A stretch of DNA of 64,000 nt, taken from positions 1,280,001 through 1,344,000 of the forward strand of contig CP143273.1 of the NCBI GenBank assembly GCA_051013385.1, given 5' to 3'. Position numbers and translations under genes: made by a program. Below the pieces are notes generated by a model, which did no database searches, was not told the origin of the DNA, and worked only from the letters and a program-made list of their open reading frames with translations. The first letter of the stretch is position 1. Every line of letters starts with the position of its first letter. The DNA is from Phormidium sp. (GTDB lineage: Bacteria; Cyanobacteriota; Cyanobacteriia; Cyanobacteriales; Aerosakkonemataceae). Positions 31,372 through 41,713 of this stretch are shown here, one piece after another.

Positions 31372-32946
31372 ATGGAATTTGTATCCGATCCTCCAATTTC
31401 GATGAAAATCCAAAAAATGAAACAAAGAGTCAGATGGCAAGAACCAATAATTGTGCAACGGGGAATCGATCAAACTCGGTTAGTAATAGATGATGGTCAA
31501 GAAGATCAGCCGGAATTCTCTTTTTTAGTGGTGGGAGATAGTGGTTCTGGTGCCCATCGATCGCATCACCCACAACGCAAAATTGCCGAACAAATGTTAT
31601 TGCATCGAGATGATTGTCGATTTGTAATTCATACAGGTGATGTAGTTTATTTAGTCGGTTCTAGCGAGTACTATCACAAAAATTTTATTGAACCATATCG
31701 AGAATTTTTAGTGAATGGCGAAAACCCGAAAAATATTAAATACGATCGAATGCTGTTTAATTATCCGTTTCTGCCTGTACTGGGAAATCACGACTATTAT
31801 GATTTGCCATTTGTTTATGGATTATTAGCACAAACCGCATTACCCTTGCGTCGTCTTTTTCGTTCCCAAATTGATTTTGATGCGGGTTGGCATGGTTCAT
31901 TTCAAGGAGAAGCTTACGCCAAAGCTTTTTTAGATTATTTATTAGATATTAATAATAGACAAGAATTAGAACAACACCTCGATCGCTATTACAACGCCAA
32001 TAGTAAAACTGGTCGTTGTTTGCGTTATCAACCTAAAGAATTCACTCGATTACCGAATCGCTATTACACTTTCCGTACTGGGGGTATTGATTTCTTTGCT
32101 TTGGATTCTAATACTTTCAATTCGCCCTTACCTTTGTCTCAAGATGCTGAGGGAGAAGCAAATCGCCGGATCTTAGAAAAACGCCGTGCTGATGCAAGGC
32201 GACAGCAACAAGAAATTTTACAAACTATGAATTCGCTGAATGACGATCGCCCAGAAGAAGCGGAAAGATTAGATGATTTACGCACTAAACTAGAGCAATT
32301 AGAGGAAATTGAAAATGATGTGGATAAACAGTTAAATGCTACTGGAGAAGTTACGGTTGATTGGGAACAATTAAACTGGTTACAACAAAGATTAATCGAG
32401 TCTTGGCATACCGATTCAGTGCGCGGTAGAGTAATTTATTTGCATCATCCTCCTTATGTGACAGAAGCAACAAAGTGGTATCAATCCCAAACTTTAGCCG
32501 TGCGGAATCGCTTGCGTGAGGTGTTAGATGAAGTGGCAAAAGCTGTGGGTAATTTACCTGGCGATCGCCCTGTGGTAGATTTAGTTTTGACTGGTCATGC
32601 TCACTGTTTAGAATATCTCCGCACGACTAATACTGGACATGGCGATTCTCATATTAATTGGATTGTTTGTGGCGGGAGTGGTTATAGTTTACGTCGCCAA
32701 AGAGAGGAAGGTTTAGAAATAACTGAACAGTTGGAAAATTTACCGGGTAAAGATATTCGCACTGTGGCGCGATCGCTACTTTTTATTGGTCGTAGTGGTC
32801 AAGGTTCCTATAAACGCAGACCTTATTCTTTTTTGCGGATTGATGTGCGATCGGGAACTCCCCCTAAATTCGTTATTCGTCCCTTTGTTGCTGAGAGATA
32901 TCAACAACAATGGCACGAAAGTCAAATTAAATCTTTTGAGATCTGA
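31372..32946 (+). CDS. Metallophosphoesterase with coiled-coil insertion
   Basis: VGDSG, HTGDVVY, LGNHDY, HHPPY and GHAH calcineurin-like motifs. Confidence 0.9.
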   Translation: MEFVSDPPISMKIQKMKQRVRWQEPIIVQRGIDQTRLVIDDGQEDQPEFSFLVVGDSGSGAHRSHHPQRKIAEQMLLHRDDCRFVIHTGDVVYLVGSSEYYHKNFIEPYREFLVNGENPKNIKYDRMLFNYPFLPVLGNHDYYDLPFVYGLLAQTALPLRRLFRSQIDFDAGWHGSFQGEAYAKAFLDYLLDINNRQELEQHLDRYYNANSKTGRCLRYQPKEFTRLPNRYYTFRTGGIDFFALDSNTFNSPLPLSQDAEGEANRRILEKRRADARRQQQEILQTMNSLNDDRPEEAERLDDLRTKLEQLEEIENDVDKQLNATGEVTVDWEQLNWLQQRLIESWHTDSVRGRVIYLHHPPYVTEATKWYQSQTLAVRNRLREVLDEVAKAVGNLPGDRPVVDLVLTGHAHCLEYLRTTNTGHGDSHINWIVCGGSGYSLRRQREEGLEITEQLENLPGKDIRTVARSLLFIGRSGQGSYKRRPYSFLRIDVRSGTPPKFVIRPFVAERYQQQWHESQIKSFEI

Positions 32947-33176
32947 AAATTACCTAAATTAAATAATTATTTCTCTTTTTTCAGGTCAACACATCTACTA
33001 TAAGACATAAAAAATGTAGTTATCTAAACCTACTATTTACTCATCTATAAAATCTACTAATCGCTCTAAATACTGATGAGTAAAATACATTTTCTCTCCC
33101 ATTTGGTTGATGCGAATCTGAACCTAAATTTGTTGCAATAAATAGTTAGGATACAGTGTAGGAAAACATCAAAATT

Positions 33177-33722
33177 ATGCGCTCGTTGAACATAGGCTTA
33201 TCACAAGAACAACGTCAAGGTGTCATTGATTTATTAAATCGTGACCTGTCAGATGCTTATTTACTGTTAATCAAAACCAAAAAGTATCATTGGGATGTAG
33301 TAGGCCCACAATTCCGTTCTCTACATACATTGTGGGAAGAACATTACACAGCTTTGACAATTAACATTGACAAACTCGCAGAACGGATTCGCGCTTTAGG
33401 TGGTTATCCAATTGGTACAGCTAAAGGTTTTCTCGAAAATGCTTCTATTAAAGAAGAAGCTGGAACTCTACCTAATGCTTATGGCATGGTAGAAAACTTA
33501 GTATCAGATCATGAACAAGTTATCCGCAATTTGCGCGATCACGTAGATCAAAGTGGAGAAAAATTCCACGATCAAGGTACAGCTGATTTCCTCACAGGAT
33601 TGATGGAACAACATGAGGAAATGGCGTGGATGTTGCGTTCCTTTATTGAAGGTGAGCAAATTTCCCCAGATGGTAAACTCTCTTCTGATTTAAGAGTTCC
33701 TCTAGAAGCTAATAGCAGATAA
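33177..33722 (+). CDS. dps: DNA starvation/stationary phase protection protein Dps
   Basis: KYHWDVVGPQFRSLH, DKLAERIRALG, DQGTADFL, HEEMAWML. Confidence 0.93.
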   Translation: MRSLNIGLSQEQRQGVIDLLNRDLSDAYLLLIKTKKYHWDVVGPQFRSLHTLWEEHYTALTINIDKLAERIRALGGYPIGTAKGFLENASIKEEAGTLPNAYGMVENLVSDHEQVIRNLRDHVDQSGEKFHDQGTADFLTGLMEQHEEMAWMLRSFIEGEQISPDGKLSSDLRVPLEANSR

Positions 33723-33728
33723 AGTTAA

Positions 33729-33763
33729 AAGATCCCCAACTTCTTGAAGAAGTCGGGGATCTT
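33729..33763. terminator. Palindrome between convergent dps and recX
   Basis: aagatccccaacttcttgaagaagtcggggatctt flanked by A and T runs. Confidence 0.6.
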
Positions 33764-33774
33764 TTAATTAAAAC

Positions 33775-34227
33775 TTATTCATCTTCTTTTTGCCATTGCG
33801 CTAAAGTTTGCCAAGCATTAAACCCGCGATACTGAAGATAATTAACTAACTTACTCTTAGTTTTTTGGTCAATATTGCCAAAGTCTGTAATGTGATATTT
33901 CCGCATTATCTTAGCTTTCAAGTCAGCCAAATCATCGGTTTCTTCATTTTCTTCTTGTGCTGACCAAACTTCCTCAAATACATCGCTGGAAATGCCTTTT
34001 TCAAAACACTTACGTTTGATCATAGACTTGCCAAACTTTCCCTGAGATGAAGCAATTAAGCTTTCTACTAAACGGCTATCCGACTGATAACCCAAATTTT
34101 GTAAATGATTAATAGCATCAGTAATTTCGCTCTGTTCATATCCCTTTTCCTGTGCTTTTTTTTCTAATTCGCGGACGCTATATTCTCGACGAGATAATAG
34201 TTGATAAAAGTAATTAAGACAAGACAT
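33775..34227 (-). CDS. recX: Regulatory protein RecX
   Basis: LLSRREYSVREL, LGYQSDSR and YLQYRGF motifs. Confidence 0.8.
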   Translation of the reverse strand: MSCLNYFYQLLSRREYSVRELEKKAQEKGYEQSEITDAINHLQNLGYQSDSRLVESLIASSQGKFGKSMIKRKCFEKGISSDVFEEVWSAQEENEETDDLADLKAKIMRKYHITDFGNIDQKTKSKLVNYLQYRGFNAWQTLAQWQKEDE

Positions 34228-34340
34228 ATATAACCTGGAAAAGCCATTTAGTTGTTAATATTGTAACACTTTATATGTTGATTGAATAACTAAAATATAC
34301 TAGATATGTTTAAACTAATAATCTTAGCGGTAAAAATAGG

Positions 34341-35129
34341 ATGTTGCTCAATTTAATTGCAGATTACGGTAATGGCGATCCAGCTTTTGCAGAAGTAACC
34401 CAACGTTTGTTAGCCGAGATACCGGAAGCGCAAATTCACTGTCTTTCAGTACCTCCGTTTAGTACTTTAGCAACGGGTTTTTGGGTGGCGCAATTGGGTT
34501 TAAATAAAGGGCCAAAAAATCGCTTAATCTATCATAACTGTGCTCCCCGACAAGATAACCCAGAAGCTAGGCAAAATAATGAAGGGGAAGGGTTAACTTA
34601 TGCTTTGTTACCTAATGAGGTGAAAGTTGTCGGAGTTTTTGCCGGATACACCCTTTCCTTTATTAAAAATAATGCTCAAGTTTTGCATACAATAAAAGTT
34701 TCTAGGGGAGGTTCACAGTTTCGATCGCGTGACGTTTTTCCCGCTGCTGTAGGTGCGATCGCCAAAGGAGATCTCAGCCTTTTAGGAGAACAAATCCAAC
34801 CCGAACAAATACCCGACGCACCAACCGATAGAGTAGCTTGGATTGATGGCTATGGTAACATCAAAACCACCCTTCCGGCACACACAATAAACCTAAAACC
34901 AGAAGAAAAAGTAGTAATTCGAGTCGGAGATGTCGTCAGCGATGCTATTTATTCCGATGGCAGTTTTCGCGTTCCCGAAGGTACTTTAGCATTTTCGCCC
35001 GGAAGTTCAGGATGGGAAACAGCAACCGGAGAAACTATTCGCTGGATGGAACTATTTTTGCGAGGCGGAAGTGCTTGGGAACGCTTTGGTAGACCTCGCA
35101 TAAATCAAACAGTAACTCGCCTTTCCTAA
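34341..35129 (+). CDS. SAM hydroxide adenosyltransferase / halogenase (DUF62) family protein
   Basis: LIADYGNGD, SQFRSRDVF, WIDGYGNIKT. Confidence 0.8.
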   Translation: MLLNLIADYGNGDPAFAEVTQRLLAEIPEAQIHCLSVPPFSTLATGFWVAQLGLNKGPKNRLIYHNCAPRQDNPEARQNNEGEGLTYALLPNEVKVVGVFAGYTLSFIKNNAQVLHTIKVSRGGSQFRSRDVFPAAVGAIAKGDLSLLGEQIQPEQIPDAPTDRVAWIDGYGNIKTTLPAHTINLKPEEKVVIRVGDVVSDAIYSDGSFRVPEGTLAFSPGSSGWETATGETIRWMELFLRGGSAWERFGRPRINQTVTRLS

Positions 35130-35131
35130 AT

Positions 35132-35200
35132 TAGATATCTCCAGAAATTAACGGTGCGTTACTGAAACTTTTGTAGAGACGTTGTATACAACGTCTCTAC
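35132..35200. repeat. Palindromic dispersed element, inverted copy of 10482-10553
   Basis: tagatatctccagaaattaa end plus gtagagacgttgtatacaacgtctctac. Confidence 0.8.
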
Positions 35201-35211
35201 CAAGAATGTTA

Positions 35212-35403
35212 AACTCAGATCTTGCACCAGTCCCAATACCCGCCTGGGACTTGAGTCCCAGGCTCATAGCGAAAGTCCTCTGAAGAGGACTAAATACTAA
35301 ATACTGACAATCAAAAGTTTTCAGTCCACTTGAGTGGACTTGAGCTATTAGCCTGGGACTTGAGTCCCAGGCGGGCTAAAACGACAGGTGCAAAATGTGA
35401 GTT
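35212..35403. mobile_element. MITE-like element with internal hairpins
   Basis: TIRs aactcagatcttgcacc / ggtgcaaaatgtgagtt; two gcctgggacttgagtcccaggc palindromes plus agtcc..ggact hairpins. Confidence 0.7.
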
Positions 35404-35856
35404 GAACCCTTCTTTGACTACTGGGAAACAAAAAGTTTTGCTTCATGTTCGCCCAAATCAACTATTAGCTGATTTTCCTTTGCTTCTAAATGATTACCTT
35501 CTAACCAATCATACCAATTGTTATGCTCAGGAAAAAGACATCATTGCAGATGTAAATCTTTTAGTTAGAATTTGGGTAGCGATCGCACAAACTTACTCAG
35601 TGCATTTTTGCCAAATTCTGCACTATTTTTGATCTGAAAATTTAGTAATTTTTAGAATAACATTAAAATCAAAATAATAAATTATATCAAAGGAATGAAA
35701 AAATTTTCAAGTAAATCTGTAATTTAGAATACAAACAGCAAAAAAAAATTCAATCCAATGCAGAAATCATCCCTAAGATTGATAGCACTCAACAGTAAAT
35801 TAGCGAATATTCAAAAAAGTACGTCTTAGCTGAAAAAATAACTATACCTTGGGGAA

Positions 35857-38316
35857 GTGATTATGAAAACTTGGAAAGAATTAAAATTAGACCTAAAGTT
35901 TTTTTGGGGTTCCCTATTCTACTTAACTTATGCTCCTAAAGCATTTATTTACTCTCGATGGCGCGATGCAGTAGAAGCTAAATACCCTACTCCCACCACA
36001 GGAGAAAAGTTCGCCAGTCCCGGAAAATTACTCAAAGCAGAACCAATTTCTAGAGGTGCTACATTTTACTTTGAACAAGCAGAACTAGAAATAACCTTTC
36101 TCACAGTTGACTTAGTGAGAATTGATTGGAAACCAGGAATACCGCCAATCCCTTATGCAATTGCTCGTCATGAATGGTCAGAAGTAGAAACAAAATTAGA
36201 AGAAACAAACGATAATTGGATGTTATCCAGTGAAGCTTTAAAAATCATCATTAGTATAGATGGTAGCCTGAAATTCTGCGACAACCAAGGGCAAATTCTC
36301 CGGGAAGAAATGCCGCCAGAACACAAAGTTGAGGGATGGATTCATCAAGCTAAATTGCGAACAGAAGAACGTATTTATGGTTTAGGAGAAAGGTCAACAC
36401 CTTTAAATCTTCGCACTGCCAAAGAGACAACGGAAAAAGGCGAAATTACCGATCGCCCAAAAACTTTTCGGATGTGGAATTATGATGCTGCGGGAATGTA
36501 TGCACCAGGATCAGACCCAATGTATTTGTGTATTCCCTTGTATTTAGGTTTGCATTCTCTTGGCAGTTATTTAGTTTTTTATGAAAATAGCTTTGAAGCT
36601 TTCTTCACCTTTTCTGATGTAGCTAAAGCTGATTTTGTGGGCGGTTCATTGCGTTATTACTTTACTTATGGAACTCCGGCAAAACTATTAGAAACTTATA
36701 CTGAATTAACAGGTCGATCGCCATTACCTCCAAAATGGGCATTAGGATATCATCAATCGCACTGGGGATATCGTACCGAACAAGCAATTAGAGAAGAAGC
36801 ACAGGAATTTGAAAAACATGATTTACCTTTAAGTGCGATACATTTAGATATTGATATTCAGGTAGGATATCGAGCATTTACGATCGATCCCGATCGCTTT
36901 CCCAAACTCCCCAGCTTTATTAAAGAACTCTTAGATCAAGGAGTAAGATTCATTGCAATTATGAATCCGGGAATTAAGTACAGTCGTGACAGTAACTTAT
37001 TCCTGGAAGGGCAACTTTTAGAAGCATTTTGTCGCTTACCAAACGGCGAATTAGTAATCGGCCCTGTTTGGCCTGGTTGGTGTGTTTTTCCTGATTTTAC
37101 TAAACCAGTTGTGCGTAAATGGTGGAGTCGGCAATATGAATATTTATTAGATGTAGGAGTAGCAGGTTTTTGGCATGATATGAATGAACCTGCGGCATTT
37201 ATTTTGTGGGGCGATCGATCGCTTCCCAAACCAACACAACATTACATGGAAGGTAGAGGCGGCGACCATCGAGAAGCACACAATGTTTATGGATTATTGC
37301 AAGCAGAAGCAGGTTATAAAAGTCTCTGCGGACATCGACCCGAACAGCGACCTTTTATCGTTTCTCGTGCAGGTTGGGCAGGACTACAACGCTATGCTTG
37401 GACATGGACTGGCGATGTCGAATGTACTTGGGCAGCGATGCGAATTACCATTTCCACAGTCGTCGGTTTAGGATTATCAGGAATACCTTATACTGGCCCT
37501 GATATTGGTGGTTTTCAAGGCAATCCAAGCGCCGAACTTTACTTGCGTTGGTTCCAAATGTCCACCTTTTTCACCTTTTACCGCACCCACTCTTCAAACA
37601 ACGTAGAAAACCGCGCCCCTTGGACTTATGGCGAACCTTACTTAAGCATTATTCGGGAATTTATACAACTACGTTATCGCTTAATTCCTTACTTTTATAC
37701 CTTATCTTGGGAAGCAACACAAAAAGGTTTTCCTCCCGTCCGTCCTGTATTTTGGAATAATAGCGAAGACTCACGAGTTTGGAATATTGACGATGCGTTT
37801 ATGTTAGGTGATGCGCTGTTAGTTTGTCCGGTATTTGAAGAAGGTCAAACCGAAAGACAAGTTACCTTACCCAAAGGACATTGGTATAGTTTTTGGGATG
37901 ACCAAATCATCGAAGGTTCCCAACAAGTAAATTTACCAGCACCTTTAGAAAAACTTCCCTTATTAGTGAAAGCTGGAAGCATTTTACCAATGGAAGAAGG
38001 AGACAAATTAATCCTTCATATTTACCCATCTTTATCAGGAACAACTGAAACCCAATTTTACTTTGATGCAGGTGATGGTTATGGAGAATCGCGCTTAGAT
38101 AAATTCCGTATGGTACGATTTGAAGACGGAATAGAGATCTTTTGGGAACAACAAGGAGAATATGCTTTTCCTTACCAAATAGTGAAAATTCAATTGCATG
38201 GAATGGAAGCAAAAGCAGCTTGGGTAAATGGTAACTCAGTTGACTGCCAAGGTAATTATCTAATAACTGAACAATTTCCTCAAATGTACATTGCTGGAGA
38301 ATTTAAAATACATTAG
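35857..38316 (+). CDS. Glycoside hydrolase family 31 (alpha-glucosidase)
   Basis: YGLGER, PPKWALGYHQS, GFWHDMNEP nucleophile, WTGD, GPDIGGF. Confidence 0.95.
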   Translation: MIMKTWKELKLDLKFFWGSLFYLTYAPKAFIYSRWRDAVEAKYPTPTTGEKFASPGKLLKAEPISRGATFYFEQAELEITFLTVDLVRIDWKPGIPPIPYAIARHEWSEVETKLEETNDNWMLSSEALKIIISIDGSLKFCDNQGQILREEMPPEHKVEGWIHQAKLRTEERIYGLGERSTPLNLRTAKETTEKGEITDRPKTFRMWNYDAAGMYAPGSDPMYLCIPLYLGLHSLGSYLVFYENSFEAFFTFSDVAKADFVGGSLRYYFTYGTPAKLLETYTELTGRSPLPPKWALGYHQSHWGYRTEQAIREEAQEFEKHDLPLSAIHLDIDIQVGYRAFTIDPDRFPKLPSFIKELLDQGVRFIAIMNPGIKYSRDSNLFLEGQLLEAFCRLPNGELVIGPVWPGWCVFPDFTKPVVRKWWSRQYEYLLDVGVAGFWHDMNEPAAFILWGDRSLPKPTQHYMEGRGGDHREAHNVYGLLQAEAGYKSLCGHRPEQRPFIVSRAGWAGLQRYAWTWTGDVECTWAAMRITISTVVGLGLSGIPYTGPDIGGFQGNPSAELYLRWFQMSTFFTFYRTHSSNNVENRAPWTYGEPYLSIIREFIQLRYRLIPYFYTLSWEATQKGFPPVRPVFWNNSEDSRVWNIDDAFMLGDALLVCPVFEEGQTERQVTLPKGHWYSFWDDQIIEGSQQVNLPAPLEKLPLLVKAGSILPMEEGDKLILHIYPSLSGTTETQFYFDAGDGYGESRLDKFRMVRFEDGIEIFWEQQGEYAFPYQIVKIQLHGMEAKAAWVNGNSVDCQGNYLITEQFPQMYIAGEFKIH

Positions 38317-38329
38317 AAGGTTAAAATTA

Positions 38330-38396
38330 GGTACGTTGTTGCGCTTGGGCGCTCTTATTACCACTGGCGATGAGAGCGCTTTAGCGCAACAACATA
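38330..38396. repeat. gtacgttgttg-type palindromic element
   Basis: gtacgttgttgcgct ... agcgcaacaacatac; relative at 57728-57794. Confidence 0.7.
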
Positions 38397-38467
38397 CTCA
38401 TTTTTTCTGTAAGTAGGAACCATGAACTTTTTTCTCGGTTGTAGCGAGATATTTTCAAGAATTATTA

Positions 38468-38528
38468 GAAAAAAATGGTGTAGCTGTTCCTCCTTTACCT
38501 TGGAATGATATTGATGGAACAGCTACAC
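38468..38528 (-). terminator. Putative rho-independent terminator
   Basis: 13-bp stem gtgtagctgttcc/ggaacagctacac followed by a T run on the minus strand, right after the 38550 stop. Confidence 0.55.
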
Positions 38529-38549
38529 AATTGAGTTTGTTTTAGAACT

Positions 38550-38960
38550 TTATTCTCGACGTTCTTGATAATCTTCGGAGGAAGTGGGGTCTAATTCCCA
38601 GCGGCGATCGTCCCGTTGCTCTAAAATTTCAGTAGTGCGGAGGAAAGCGCGATCGTCCATTTCCAAACCAACAGCAGCACCCAACTCATCAACAATACTC
38701 TGATCGGGAGTAGCGACAGTTCCACCTACAGCTTCTTCGCCAACTGAATCAGCTTGTTCCCATGCAGCATCCACATCACCGCCAGTTAATTCGGGACTAG
38801 TCGAAGTGTATTGTTTCTCTTCATCCCGCAGTCTGCGCGTGCCAATATTGGAACCCGGTTCTGTATGAATTCCAGTTCCGTAAGACTCTGTGATTTCCTG
38901 TGGTAGGTCTAAAATTTCCGCTTCGTTATTGTTTAGGTTGTTATCAGTTTCGTCAGCCAT
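38550..38960 (-). CDS. DUF6335-like acidic stress protein
   Basis: SPELTGGDVDAAW...GEEAVGGTVATPDQSIVDELGAAVG...RRWELDP. Confidence 0.8.
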   Translation of the reverse strand: MADETDNNLNNNEAEILDLPQEITESYGTGIHTEPGSNIGTRRLRDEEKQYTSTSPELTGGDVDAAWEQADSVGEEAVGGTVATPDQSIVDELGAAVGLEMDDRAFLRTTEILEQRDDRRWELDPTSSEDYQERRE

Positions 38961-39180
38961 AATACACGCTCCTTATACCTTACCAGGTTACTTTATCGCC
39001 GCAAAATTGATGTCTGACTTAAGAGCGAAACTGATCTATAACTTTTGAATGAAGAACACGCATAAAACCGATCTATCACTTTAGTATGACGAGAATTCAG
39101 GGCGAAAATGCCTAACCTGGAAACAGATCTGAGCTAAAGATTACAACTTTTGTTGAGATAGAAAAATATCTGAGGATGCC

Positions 39181-39591
39181 ATGAAACGTGATGAATTTTT
39201 TAAGCACGTTCAAAGTATTGCCCAGCTTGGCTCTCGTGAAGAAGCAGAGCGTGCTGTTCGGGCAACATTAGAAACTCTTAAAGAACGTATTGTCGGAGAT
39301 GAAGCTAAAGATTTAGCTTCTCAATTACCAGTAGGAATTGGTGAGTATTTGCACGGTAGAGAAGGAGAGAACGGACAAGCTTTTTCTCTACAAGAATTTT
39401 ATCAAAAGGTTGCTGAAAAAGAAAGTGTAGATCCAGTTACAGCCGCCACTCATGCGCGTGCTGTTGTCTCAGTTTTAAATATTGCAGTTACACCTGGGGA
39501 ATTCGCAGATGTTCGCGCTAATCTTTCGCCGGATTATTTAGACTTATTGCCTTCAGCTAACCCTAATTCACAAGTAAGTTCTGGAAGTTAA
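39181..39591 (+). CDS. DUF2267 family protein
   Basis: AVRATLETLKERI..EAKDLASQLP..HARAV.. Confidence 0.85.
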   Translation: MKRDEFFKHVQSIAQLGSREEAERAVRATLETLKERIVGDEAKDLASQLPVGIGEYLHGREGENGQAFSLQEFYQKVAEKESVDPVTAATHARAVVSVLNIAVTPGEFADVRANLSPDYLDLLPSANPNSQVSSGS

Positions 39592-39626
39592 ATTGAAAAA
39601 AAAATCCCAAAATAGGAGGAAATCAA

Positions 39627-40727
39627 ATGGTACATCATAACGGTCACAGCAATAATAAACGAGTAGCAATTTTAATTGAAACCGGAGTCGAAGATTCCGA
39701 GTTTCAAGTACCTTATAAAGCTTTAAAAATGGCAGGATTTGATGTAGTTGTTCTCGGTTCTCGAATGAACAGCACTTATGTAGGAAAGCAAGGCAAAGTT
39801 TCCCAGAAACCTGATGCCACAACTACTGAATCTCGCCCGGAAGAATTTGATGCAGTAATTATTCCTGGGGGAATGGCTCCTGACACAATGCGTACTAATC
39901 CAAATACAGTTAGATTTGTGCAGCAAGCAATGGAGCAAGGAAAATTAATTGCTGCTGTTTGTCATGGGCCTCAAGTATTAATTGAAGGCGATTTACTGAA
40001 AGGTAAAAATGCCACTGGCTATCGGGCCATTCGCAAAGATATAATTAACGCTGGAGCTAATTATATTGATGAACCTTTAGTAGTTGATGGCAATTTAATT
40101 ACTTCCAGAAGACCTGGAGATTTAGCAATTTTCACCACTGCAATTCTAAGCCGTTTGGGTTATGGCGGTAAGGAAGTAGACCTGCCTAATGAAAGTGATA
40201 TTACTGCTGAATGGTGGAAACTTGCTGATGCTTGGGGTGGTTCTACAAAAGGCGACATTACTAAAGCTTTGAATACATCTCTTGCAGGTGAGCGTTATTC
40301 TCATGAAGAGTTTCAGAAGTACGCAGAAAGAAGTACAGATCCAGAATTGCGATCGCTCTTACAAGAAATAGTCGCCAACAAACAAAGCCACATTCAAATG
40401 ATCGAAGCACGCCTAAATGCACTAGGCGAAAAACCCTCTTTACCAGCACAAGCAGCTGATACTTACGCCAAAATAAAAACTGGTTTACAAGGTAGTGACG
40501 ATCTGTTTATGTTGCGTACTGCTTTAGGTGATATGCAGACAGCAGTTGTCGATACATATCAACTGAGTACTCAACTTACTGACCCATTTTCCACAGCATT
40601 ATTTATGGAAATTGAAGAAGATTTAGCCAAATATGAACGGCGTTTAGCAGACCTTTATAAAGGACGTTTTGCTGGAGAATTTGCACCAGCGGCTAAACCT
40701 TCTACAAGTCCTGCTGTGGGTGTTTAA
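39627..40727 (+). CDS. PfpI/DJ-1 family protein fused to a ferritin-like domain
   Basis: GVEDSE, IPGG, AVCHGPQ and ITSRRPGDL, then a helical domain with LAGERY..SHIQMIE..EEDLAKYE. Confidence 0.88.
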   Translation: MVHHNGHSNNKRVAILIETGVEDSEFQVPYKALKMAGFDVVVLGSRMNSTYVGKQGKVSQKPDATTTESRPEEFDAVIIPGGMAPDTMRTNPNTVRFVQQAMEQGKLIAAVCHGPQVLIEGDLLKGKNATGYRAIRKDIINAGANYIDEPLVVDGNLITSRRPGDLAIFTTAILSRLGYGGKEVDLPNESDITAEWWKLADAWGGSTKGDITKALNTSLAGERYSHEEFQKYAERSTDPELRSLLQEIVANKQSHIQMIEARLNALGEKPSLPAQAADTYAKIKTGLQGSDDLFMLRTALGDMQTAVVDTYQLSTQLTDPFSTALFMEIEEDLAKYERRLADLYKGRFAGEFAPAAKPSTSPAVGV

Positions 40728-40817
40728 TTTGGGGATGACAGGCAAGATGCCTGTCCTACGGGACGGGAAAATTTAGTTTCTTGTCCCGATTTTTTGGAAA
40801 AATTAGGAGGTGAAAAA

Positions 40818-41696
40818 GTGGAAAGACGGTTAGAAGGAAAAGTTGCGATCGTTACTGGCGCAGGTACAGGAATTGGGGAAGCAATTGCTCATAAATTCGC
40901 CAAAGAAGGTGCAAAAGTTGTAGTTAATGGATTACCCAGCGATCCGGTAGCAGAAGTCGTAGAAGCTATTAAAAAATATGGCGGTCAAGCTATGGCTTAT
41001 GCAGGTGATATTTCGGAAGAAGATCATGCTCAAGCTTGCGTTCATGCCGCAATTACTGAGTTTGGAAATCTCCACATTTTGATTAACAATGCTGGCGTTT
41101 TCTTAACAACTGCGGAAATGCAACATTATCCGGTAGAAGATTTCGATCGCACTATCAGAATGAACATTCGTTCCGCATTTCTGATGACTAAATACGCTTT
41201 ACCACATCTACAAAGAACTAAAGGAAATATCATTTCCACAGGTTCAGAAGCCGGATTTAATGGTTTAGCTCAAAACGCTCCTTACGGCGGAACAAAAGGC
41301 TGGATGCACTCTTTTATGAAAGGAGTTGCTGTTGAACAAGCTCAATATGGAGTCAGGGCAAATTGTGTTTGTCCGGGTGCAATTGATACAGCTTGGACAC
41401 ACAAAGAAACAGGGCCAATGGATTCCAAAATGGAGAAAACTTTAATTACAGCCACACCTATGGCGCGGCGCGGAACGCCAGAGGAAGTTGCCAATGTTTT
41501 TGCTTTTTTGGCATCTGATGAAGCCAGTTATGTGACGGGTGCATTGTGGTTAGTTGATGGCGGCGTAACTGTTGCTAAAGGGTCAGTTGGTGAAGATACA
41601 CCAAATTATTTGCGAGAAGAACCTCAAGGTGAGTTGCGCTTAGATCATTCGTTAGAAGGATTAAAAAACAAAGAAACTCACGCTATCAAGAAATAA
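40818..41696 (+). CDS. SDR family oxidoreductase
   Basis: TGAGTGIG, NNAG, YGGTK; GTG start after GGAGG. Confidence 0.9.
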   Translation: MERRLEGKVAIVTGAGTGIGEAIAHKFAKEGAKVVVNGLPSDPVAEVVEAIKKYGGQAMAYAGDISEEDHAQACVHAAITEFGNLHILINNAGVFLTTAEMQHYPVEDFDRTIRMNIRSAFLMTKYALPHLQRTKGNIISTGSEAGFNGLAQNAPYGGTKGWMHSFMKGVAVEQAQYGVRANCVCPGAIDTAWTHKETGPMDSKMEKTLITATPMARRGTPEEVANVFAFLASDEASYVTGALWLVDGGVTVAKGSVGEDTPNYLREEPQGELRLDHSLEGLKNKETHAIKK

Positions 41697-41713
41697 GCAA
41701 GCGAGGGGAAAGT

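Noticed and set aside
34341..35129. Fluorinase/chlorinase natural-product locus
   Set aside because: No biosynthetic neighbours; most DUF62 members are SAM hydrolases, and I cannot distinguish them from sequence alone
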